A DNA stretch of 64,000 nucleotides, taken from IMG/VR virus record IMGVR_UViG_3300027759_000044; one strand, written 5' to 3'. The position numbers and the translations under genes are program-made. Positions 8,141 to 17,000 of this stretch are shown here, piece by piece (the first letter of the stretch is position 1; every line of letters starts with the position of its first letter). The notes beneath the pieces are model-generated. The model saw only the letters and a program-made list of their open reading frames with translations. It was not told the DNA's origin and did no database searches. The stretch is from a virus (taxonomy: Duplodnaviria; Caudoviricetes).

Positions 8141-10455
8141 AATTTACATGCTTCGCAATCTTCTTCATCCATATCATTAAAGCCACTTGGCAAATCTAAT
8201 ACAGTTTCATCTTGGCTCTTACTACCTGCTTTATTAATCAAGCTATAGTAGAATGTCTTTAATCCCCACATATGTGCCTGCATCAAGTTCTTAGCAATCA
8301 ATGTTGTTGGAACTTTACGCTCAGGGAAATGTGCTGGGTTATAGAAAGTATTAGTGCTTATGCTTTGGTCAACGTAGGCTGCAATCACTGCCGCTGTCTT
8401 TAAGTAACCATCACAATCTTTTTGATCCCACATCAATTGATATTTGTTTTTCAATCTATGGTATTCGGGTACAACTTGTACAAAACTACCTGCTTTACTT
8501 TCTTTAACTGATATCAAACTCATTGGCATTTCAATACCATTTGTACTGTTGATAACTACTGAACTAGATTCTACAGGAGCTACAGCCATTTGTGTAGCAT
8601 TACGGACACCATGACTACGCATCATAGCACGTAGTCCTTCCCAGTTTAATTCGGGAGTAAAGTTAGCTAATTCGTTAACACCTTTAGCACGTAACTCCCA
8701 GGGGAAAATGCCTTGACCATAACGTGTCTTGTCACTATGTTCACATCTTCCACGTTCTTGTGCTAGTTCTACACTTGCTTCAGTTAAGTAGAAGGATAAG
8801 TGTTCCATCCACGTCTTGACTTCAGCCAGGGCGTCTTTTTCTCCGTACTTGAAACTTCGTTTGGCGTGCCAGTAGGCAAGATTAGTGATTCCAATTCCGA
8901 GAGGTCTGATTTCATCGTTTGATAGTTTAGACTGAATGGATAGAAAGTCTTGATAGTCAAGAATGTTATTGAGGCTACGATGCAATATGCGACAAGCACG
9001 GCGCATGTCTTCTGGATTACGGAACGCACCCCAATTGATACTGCCCAATGTGCAAAGAGCGATACGACCATCGCTGTCATCCAGACGTTTAAAGGATTTA
9101 GTAGGTAAAAGAATTTCACAACATAAGTTACTCTGGTAAATTGTATGATATTCAGGATCAAATGGTCCTTGATTCATAACATTGTCAACGAACACTAGGT
9201 AGATACGACCTGTATCTGTTCGTTCTTTTAATATGCCAGACTTGAATACTTCTTCAGCCGACATTGTTTTCTTACGTAAGTCTTTACGTTTTTCATATTT
9301 TACGTAGAGTTCTTCAAACAGGGCGGTGTTTCTGTAGAACGCTTCGTACAAATCAGGCACTTCATTTGGGTCGAAAAAGGTGATCTGCTCTTTATTTTTG
9401 AAACGTCTCCAGAAGAAAGCGGACAAGACAACCCCGTAGTCCATGAAACGAACACGAGTTTCGTCAGTACCTTGATTGTTTTTAAGTACAATAAGATCAT
9501 CAAACTGATGATGCCAAATTGGATAGAATACTGTAGCACTAGCATTACGGATACCTCCCTGTGAGCAACTTCTTAAATCACCGAACCATTTCTTTAAGAA
9601 CGGAATCATGCCGGTGTGCATAATCTCGCCACCACGAATAGGACTACCTAACGGGCGTAATCTGCCTATCTCTAATCCAATGCCAGCACGTTTACTAGCA
9701 TACTTTGCCATCATTTCACCAGAAGCGAAAATACTATCCAAGTCATCATCACTGCGAATAAGTACGCACGAACTGAATTGTTTAGTAGGGGTACCGAGAC
9801 CAGCAAGGACAGGGGTAGCAAGAGTAAATAATCCATCACTTGCGGCATTGTAGTATTCCTTTATATAACGCATTCTAGCGTTGTTGGGTTCTTCACTATG
9901 AAATACAGTAGCTGCCGCTATCATATAGCGAACTTGTGGTGTTTCATACGTTTGTTTAGTAGAACGATTCTTTACTAAATATTTTTCAATCAGTTGTTCA
10001 ATGGCGGCATAACTGTATTGTTCGTCCTTAGAATGGTCAAGCATGTCATCCATCTTGTTCCAATCTTCTTCACTATACCATTCTAGTAGTTCTGGTGTAT
10101 ATAATCCTGTAGCAACATTAGTTACTACGATATCGTACAGACGGGGAGGCTCATAGTTGCCATAAACATCTTTACGTAGCATTGATAGACGTTGTTTACC
10201 TGCTACATATTGATAGTTTGTATGTCCTACATCTGGATTATTTTCTACGTCAATTAAGTCTACAACCGCACGTAATGTAATTTCATCTATTTGATGTGTA
10301 GTGATACCATCATAGAAGTGAAGTTGTGATTTTATTTCTACCATAGAAGGGCTAACATCAGCTATCCCTACACATATTTTTGCCACTTGCGCTTGCCATT
10401 TTTCTAACATTAATGGCTCTTTTGTCCCATTTCTCTTAGTGACGTATATTTTCAT
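8137..10455 (-). CDS. nrdA: Ribonucleotide reductase class Ia alpha subunit with ATP-cone
   Basis: VTKRNG ATP-cone, TPVLAG, QFSSCVLI, SCSQGGIR, QSNLCCEI, GLKTFYY and C-terminal CEAC; E. coli-like length, no intein. Confidence 0.97.
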   Translation of the reverse strand: MKIYVTKRNGTKEPLMLEKWQAQVAKICVGIADVSPSMVEIKSQLHFYDGITTHQIDEITLRAVVDLIDVENNPDVGHTNYQYVAGKQRLSMLRKDVYGNYEPPRLYDIVVTNVATGLYTPELLEWYSEEDWNKMDDMLDHSKDEQYSYAAIEQLIEKYLVKNRSTKQTYETPQVRYMIAAATVFHSEEPNNARMRYIKEYYNAASDGLFTLATPVLAGLGTPTKQFSSCVLIRSDDDLDSIFASGEMMAKYASKRAGIGLEIGRLRPLGSPIRGGEIMHTGMIPFLKKWFGDLRSCSQGGIRNASATVFYPIWHHQFDDLIVLKNNQGTDETRVRFMDYGVVLSAFFWRRFKNKEQITFFDPNEVPDLYEAFYRNTALFEELYVKYEKRKDLRKKTMSAEEVFKSGILKERTDTGRIYLVFVDNVMNQGPFDPEYHTIYQSNLCCEILLPTKSFKRLDDSDGRIALCTLGSINWGAFRNPEDMRRACRILHRSLNNILDYQDFLSIQSKLSNDEIRPLGIGITNLAYWHAKRSFKYGEKDALAEVKTWMEHLSFYLTEASVELAQERGRCEHSDKTRYGQGIFPWELRAKGVNELANFTPELNWEGLRAMMRSHGVRNATQMAVAPVESSSVVINSTNGIEMPMSLISVKESKAGSFVQVVPEYHRLKNKYQLMWDQKDCDGYLKTAAVIAAYVDQSISTNTFYNPAHFPERKVPTTLIAKNLMQAHMWGLKTFYYSLINKAGSKSQDETVLDLPSGFNDMDEEDCEACKL

Positions 10456-10458
10456 GTT

Positions 10459-10896
10459 TTACCTTATCTTATTATTAATTGTTGTTATATCTAGTTTACT
10501 TACTATTTTAAATTCTTGTAGATTATTACTTATCACCGTGTCTGGCCAATAATTAAGTATATATTTTGCGTTGTCTACCAAGACTAATGGTACTTCGTTG
10601 TCATCAATATCCTTAGCCAAAACGTATTCTATATCAATAATGTTCATTAACAGTAGAGTATAACACATTCCTAGACCTCTAGCAAGAGTACAATAGGTGT
10701 TTTCTACCAAAAGTTCCCAAGGACCGGGCCAATTGGGTAAATCAGATGGGTGTAGATAGTGATTGATTAATGGTGTTTGTTGCCACCATTTATCTATTTC
10801 CACACATTGTTGACTTAAATCAAGTGATTTGATTTGATTGCGTAAGTTGTACCAAGATTGTAATCTATTGTCGTAAGACGATTGAAATGTATTCAT
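10459..10896 (-). CDS. Hypothetical protein, weak resemblance to transglutaminase-like (BTLCP) proteins
   Basis: NWPGPWELLVENTYCTLARGLGMCYTL resembles the W-x-T-P-x-E-L...G-D-C-E-D-x-A-I-A-K-Y motif; preceded by an ATAAGTA box at 10905-10911. Confidence 0.55.
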   Translation of the reverse strand: MNTFQSSYDNRLQSWYNLRNQIKSLDLSQQCVEIDKWWQQTPLINHYLHPSDLPNWPGPWELLVENTYCTLARGLGMCYTLLLMNIIDIEYVLAKDIDDNEVPLVLVDNAKYILNYWPDTVISNNLQEFKIVSKLDITTINNKIR

Positions 10897-10937
10897 TAGA
10901 TAACTACTTATCTAAATTAAAATATTGTTATAGATAT

Positions 10938-13643
10938 TTAGAAGAATTGAGCCATATTACATTGAACCATAGAAGCGCCTGCACCAAAGTCCCATGGTCC
11001 TTGATTATTACCTAAGTTTCCTGATGAGTTATTACTAGCAAAGAAAGTATAAGGTGAGGTTATAAACGCATCTCTAATATTTGCGTATTGTATATTTGCA
11101 GTATTACCAGTATTTGTTTTATAAATACCCCATTGCGATCCGGAAACGTTACATTGTATTGCTGATGGATTTCCAGGAGTACCACTGTAGGAAAAGTTAG
11201 CTACTGTAAGTGTCACACCTGCACCGACTAGAATTCTTGATCCTCCAACCGTAGTTTGTATGTCGTTTACTGTTCCACTATTTAGTATATAAAGATTACT
11301 GGCGCTGTTATTAATTATATTACCGTATGTGCCGCCATTCAAATTAGCTAATTTACCCAAACTAACAGCGGTGTTTCCTGTTGAGCCACTAACGTTAGAA
11401 AAATATATATTTGGTACAGGAAGGCCAGGCGCTGATCCTAAATTATTTGCACTTCCTGAATTCATTGATCCTCTTCCACTAGGTAATCCGGTAAGATTTA
11501 TGTTTCCCGGACCATTTAAATAACCGGTACCAACTGTTCGTAATAAAGTTAATACATTACCTATATTTATAGTGACTCCGGTGTTGAGAGTTATATCGCC
11601 GGATCCGGACACAACAATAAAATTACTTACATTACCTGAATCTAAAAAGGTCATACTACCAAAGGTATTACCAAAAGTAATATTATTTATATTACTATTA
11701 TTTAATGTTATAGTTCCTACAACTCCGGTTGTATTACAAGTAAGGTTGGGTGCAGGAGAGCTATCCCAACCTGTAGTTCCAGTTCCTATATTCAAACTTT
11801 GAAAATTTATAAGACTATTGGCTTGAATTGAACCAGTATAGCCTAATGTGTTTGTGTCAAACATTTTAGCTGCAATACCTGCAATATTAGCTGCTCTATT
11901 ACCATACATATAAACATTAAATGCATTTTGTCTAGCGGACACATTGGTAATTCCAGAAGCATTGCCAATGCACAGGGCGCTGACTAACGGCGCACCTGTA
12001 ACATAATATCCAAATTGAAATCCACCATTTCCCATAGTGGTTGCCGCATCAGTAAAAAAGTTAGTAAAAACTGGCATATCACATGTAAACCCGGCGTTTA
12101 CGTCTGTCCTGCGATTTTCTATAATAATATTACCACCTTGAAAATTAAGGTATTGAGTAGATCCTGTAATAATACCACTATTAGCATAGCTTACACCAGA
12201 ACCAAATTTCATTTGATATCCATTAAGATTTAATGTAGTATTTCCACCCAAAGTTAATTGGGAAGAAGTTACGGCAGTAGTAGTATTACCTATAAGGTTG
12301 GCATACAAATTAAAAGTTTTAGGATTTTGTGTGCCAACAAGATTTAATCCCCTAATATCTATAGGAGTTCCATAATAATTAATAGTTCCGGACCACAAAT
12401 AAAGGCCAGAAGTACTGTTTGAAAATGTGGTACTTCCGGTAATGTTACCAGGCGCATTGGCAACATTTGAAAAATTAAGTTGATTACTTCCTATATCTAC
12501 TGCTAATGCAGAAAAAGTCAATGTTCCGGTATTAACAAAAAATCCTGGACCTTGAGAAGAGGACTCGCTACCTACTCGTGATTGTGCATTTGGAAAGGCG
12601 GCAGTAAATCCTTTAAAATCTAGAGTAGCACTATTGTTAACTATTAATGGGAAAGTAGTATTAAAGGTACCAATTGCCGATTGCAGTTCAGTATATACAC
12701 TGCCAATTAAAAGATTTCCAAAATAGGATCCTCCTGAATTTATTGTTGTATTGCCTGAATAATTAGCACTGGTCATTCTTATATTTAAATTAGCTTGATT
12801 ATTAGCAAAGTTAACTGATGACATTACACAAGCAGTCATAAATGCAGAATTTGCAGCAACGTTGTTTAAATTTAAGTTTTTTACATGCAAGGCCCCGGTA
12901 CTCGTTATGGTTGAAGCGCCGGGTCCAACAACAAAATTTGGCGGGGCACCATCGATGGTAACACCGGTACCAGTAGACGCAAATATTACTTGACGTTGTA
13001 CTGATGTATCTGTATAAAAGCCGCCACCGGAATCTGAACATGTCAGTGATGATACGCTTGCCATCAATAATATATTTGCATTGGCTGCTGAATTTAACAT
13101 ATTAATATTACCAGTACCAAAATTAATAACTCTAACAGCGGCAGCATTACTTGAAAATACTCCGCAATTAATGTTAAAGTTATTTAAATTAATAGTGCCT
13201 GAGGTCAATGTAAAGGTGCCAGCTGTACCGGTTAAGGTCCTTAGAGTATAATTTGCCGCTAAATTCCAAGTAAGAGCGGAACCGGTTAAATTAATCGGCG
13301 GGGCGCCGCCGGTAGGTACGGCTGATATTGTGCCTCCATTAGTAATGGCTGCTACTGTTGCCGTATTAGTCCAAGTTATTGCACTAGATATATAAAAATC
13401 TCCACGAACGGTAAGAACACCGGATCCGGCAACAGTGATTGCATTTGTTGAGTTTGCATAAAAATTTAAACAACTACCCAAAGTTAGTGTAATAGTTCCG
13501 GTACCACTGCTATTATTAATGAATACGTTGTCCGCGGCGCCGGGTACCGAGGCACCAGCTGGTCCTCCTGGTGAAGCGGACCATCTTGTGGTTCCAGTTG
13601 CTGCCCATGTTCCAGTACCAAGTACCCAATATCTATCTGCCAT
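10938..13643 (-). CDS. Large beta-helix/fibre-like virion or receptor-binding protein (901 aa)
   Basis: N-terminal RYWVLGTGTW...WSASPGG..GASVPGAADNVF module, Gly/Asn/Thr-rich body, C-terminal GNLGNNQGPWDF; ATAAATA box at 13661-13667. Confidence 0.65.
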   Translation of the reverse strand: MADRYWVLGTGTWAATGTTRWSASPGGPAGASVPGAADNVFINNSSGTGTITLTLGSCLNFYANSTNAITVAGSGVLTVRGDFYISSAITWTNTATVAAITNGGTISAVPTGGAPPINLTGSALTWNLAANYTLRTLTGTAGTFTLTSGTINLNNFNINCGVFSSNAAAVRVINFGTGNINMLNSAANANILLMASVSSLTCSDSGGGFYTDTSVQRQVIFASTGTGVTIDGAPPNFVVGPGASTITSTGALHVKNLNLNNVAANSAFMTACVMSSVNFANNQANLNIRMTSANYSGNTTINSGGSYFGNLLIGSVYTELQSAIGTFNTTFPLIVNNSATLDFKGFTAAFPNAQSRVGSESSSQGPGFFVNTGTLTFSALAVDIGSNQLNFSNVANAPGNITGSTTFSNSTSGLYLWSGTINYYGTPIDIRGLNLVGTQNPKTFNLYANLIGNTTTAVTSSQLTLGGNTTLNLNGYQMKFGSGVSYANSGIITGSTQYLNFQGGNIIIENRRTDVNAGFTCDMPVFTNFFTDAATTMGNGGFQFGYYVTGAPLVSALCIGNASGITNVSARQNAFNVYMYGNRAANIAGIAAKMFDTNTLGYTGSIQANSLINFQSLNIGTGTTGWDSSPAPNLTCNTTGVVGTITLNNSNINNITFGNTFGSMTFLDSGNVSNFIVVSGSGDITLNTGVTINIGNVLTLLRTVGTGYLNGPGNINLTGLPSGRGSMNSGSANNLGSAPGLPVPNIYFSNVSGSTGNTAVSLGKLANLNGGTYGNIINNSASNLYILNSGTVNDIQTTVGGSRILVGAGVTLTVANFSYSGTPGNPSAIQCNVSGSQWGIYKTNTGNTANIQYANIRDAFITSPYTFFASNNSSGNLGNNQGPWDFGAGASMVQCNMAQFF

Positions 13644-13699
13644 TGTTTTTTCCTATATTCTATTTATTGTTGTATACTATTTGTTAATTTTCATAATTA

Positions 13700-13999
13700 T
13701 TATATAGCCTGTTGTGATGGGTCAACGGTTGAAGTATCAGTAACTACATCAGTAACTACATCAGTAACTACATCAGTAACTACATCAGTTACTTCATCCG
13801 TCAAATCTTGAGATGATGCTAGCAGGGCAAGGTAATTGTCAAATCGTTGTTGTTTTATTGTGTTGATTTCTGCTTGAGTTAGTGTATCATACACTTCTTG
13901 TGTAAACCATAACGCATCCTTATAAGGAAATCCAACATCGGGTATAATTTCAAAAATTACCTGTACATTTCCATCTATTTGATTAATAATATCTTCCAC
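13700..13999 (-). CDS. Small acidic protein (possible fibre-assembly chaperone) with a (DVVT)n tail
   Basis: GTG start with SD AAAGGAGA; YKDALWF...EINTIKQQRFDNY core; chaperone role inferred from its position just upstream of a fibre-like gene. Confidence 0.6.
   Translation of the reverse strand: MEDIINQIDGNVQVIFEIIPDVGFPYKDALWFTQEVYDTLTQAEINTIKQQRFDNYLALLASSQDLTDEVTDVVTDVVTDVVTDVVTDTSTVDPSQQAI
13736..13795. repeat. 12-bp tandem repeat (ATCAGTAACTAC x4 plus one degenerate copy)
   Basis: Directly visible; encodes the DVVT repeats in frame. Confidence 0.95.
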
Positions 14000-14057
14000 T
14001 TTGATATCTCCTTTCTTATATGTTAAACAAAGTTAAAGTTTTTACAAATTAATAATA

Positions 14058-14065
14058 TATTTATA
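14058..14065 (-). promoter_or_regulatory. Late promoter, perfect T4 consensus TATAAATA
   Basis: Exact match upstream of the 99-aa/901-aa gene pair. Confidence 0.7.
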
Positions 14066-17000
14066 TTAAGCAAAACCAAAGTTTCTAGAAATAAGATTCC
14101 ATGAAGAATCTGGACTATTATATATCCATCCCATATAATCATATTTATTACTACCAGACGTTACTGTAGGTGGTGCTAAATCTGTTGATCCATTAAAGAT
14201 TGCATTAAAACTAAATGTTAAACTGTTAGTAGATTGTATTCTAAATAAAAGTTTTTGCCCATCGTACGGTGTACCTGTCGGGGCATTTATAGTCACTGTT
14301 CCGGAACCTGTATTTGTTTGTGTAGCCATATCAGTGATATCTGCGTTTATCGTAACTGATAAAGAATCTGCTATAGCTACAACTCTGGGTTTTAAGGCAG
14401 CTGAAATACCAGTAGTACTAACTACAACTACATTTGCTACACCACCAACACCCATTGTGATGTTGCCGCCGGATGTAGCAATATTAACATTACTAGTACC
14501 ATTTGCGATATTGGCTCCACCACCGCCTCCTCCTCCACCTGTTGCCCAAGATAGATTGCCAGCACCATCAGTTGACAAGAATTGTCCACTAGTACCACCT
14601 GTAATTTTAATGTCGGCATTACTACCTAATGATAATACCCCACTAGCATATGTAGCAGTTGATATACCCCCAAATGCTCCGGCATTGTTATATTGTAATT
14701 GTGTATTAGAACCACCGGGTGATCCACCACCTCCGCCGCCGCCGGCAGCCCAACTTAATCCACCAGAACCATCTGTTTGTAAATAATATCCTGATGTACC
14801 ACCACTAATATGTAGGTTAGATACTGATCCTAAAGTAACGTTAGCAGTTGTTGTAAAATTAACAACCCCTGTTGCATTACTTACTGTTAAACCAGTTAAT
14901 GATCCAGTTGAAGTGATATTGGGTTGAGCGGCAGTTGTTAATGTACCAGTAAATAGTGTGGCACTTAATGTACTAGTGGCAGCGTTATATGATAAATTAG
15001 TATTTGCTGATTCAGCAACATTACCGGTTACCGCATTAGCAAATATTGGATAATAAGTACCGGTAGTTGCAGTGGTAACGTTAATAAAATCAGCAACATT
15101 GGCATAATCAACACTTAAATTACCAACCCGTGTAGTACTCGTAACAACGAACGGAGCTGTTCCTGTAGCTACATTAGATATCAATTGCGGTGAAGTAATA
15201 GTGTTAGACGCTAAGAAAGTATTAGCAGAAATAACATTAGCACTAGATATATTACCACCAGAACCAGAACTAATAAGATTACCCACAGTTGCATTGCCAC
15301 TTACGTTCAACGTACCTGTTATATTTGAACCAGTACTAGTAACAACTAATACATTTGCGGCGCCAGTCGCACTAATGTTAACATTACCATTAGCAGCCGG
15401 TATACTTACATTACTATTTCCATTAGCAAATACACCAAGTAAGTTACCACCAGTTATATTAGCTGTAGTAGTAATTGCGTTTGCACCAGCCGCAATGATA
15501 CCAATAATGTTACCACCTAATATATTACCGGTGCCTGTATTTAACGTACCTACTATATTAGCACCAGTACCAGTAATTACCATTGTTGTGTTTCCAACAG
15601 CAGTAAAGTTTATATTACCATTAGCAGCCGGTATGTTAACATTACTATTTCCATTAGCATGTGGTCCAAGTAAGTTTCCACCAGTTATATTAGCTGTAGT
15701 AGTAATTGCGTTTGCGCCGGCAGCGATAATACCAATGATATTTCCACCTAAGATATTACCTGTACCTGTATTTAATGTACCGGCAACGTTAACACCAGTA
15801 CCAGTAATTACTACTACGTTAGCATTTCCAACAGCACTAAAGTTAATGTTTCCATTAGCTGCCGGTATACTTACATTACTATTACCATTAGCAAATACAC
15901 CAATAAACGTATTAGCTGTAATAACATTAGCTCCGGATATGTTACCACCTGATCCTCCTCCTGCAACAATACTATTAGCAAAAATAACATTTGCACCGGT
16001 TATGTTACCACCAGACCCAGAACCTGCAATAAGATTTCCAACAGTTGCGTTACCGGCTGCTGTGATTGTAGTAGCAGAAATAACATTAGCACCAGATATG
16101 TTACCACCTGTACCACCACCGGTATTTAAATTACCACCTAAATAAGTATCACCGGATGCAACAAACATTGCATATGAAGTAGTTACAGTAGCATTGGTAC
16201 TTGCTGTTGGATTAGATGCAATATAAAATGTAGCTAAGTTTGTATACGTCATTGCATTAGAACCAACAATTGTTGGGGTAGCAATATAATGTATTGCTCC
16301 ATTTGCAATAGTTGCTGCCGCTGATGTGTCTGTATATGTAGATGCGACTGTCCTTAATCCCATATTACCCATCGTAGCTAATACATTAGCTACACCACTT
16401 GCAGCGCCAGTAATTGTTATATTATTTGATTGTACAGTTCCATTAGCACCAGTTGTTGTAAAGTTAGCCCCGGTTACTAAACCAGTAATATTAGCTGTAC
16501 CGGTTATATTTGCGCCTGTAGTAGTAAAATTTGCTCTTGCTGTTGCATTGCCAGCAACAAACAGTGTTATGTTTGCATTAGAAGTAATAGTAATATTACT
16601 ATTACCATTTGCTAGTTTACCAACAAAGTTTGCGCCAACAACATTACCTGTGATATTTGCAGTACCTACTATATTGGCGCCTGTACCAGTGATTACCATT
16701 ACTGTATTACCAACAGCACTAATATTGACATTGCCATTAGCTACCGGTATACTAACATTACTATTTCCATTAGCTAATGTAGAACTTGAACTTATACTTG
16801 CCCAACTTAAATTACCTGCACCATCTGTTTGTAAGTACTGACTACTGGTGCCACCGGTTATAACTACATTACCAACTGCACCTAAATTACTTTGTCCACT
16901 TACGTTGAATGTACCGGCTACATTAGCACCGGTGCTAGTTACAACTAATACATTTGCTGTTCCACCTACACTTGTATTAACATTGCCGCCGGAAGCCGGG

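Noticed and set aside
7040-10455. Introns or inteins in nrdA/nrdB (common insertion sites in phages)
   Set aside because: Both ORFs are continuous and of canonical length, with no intein motifs.
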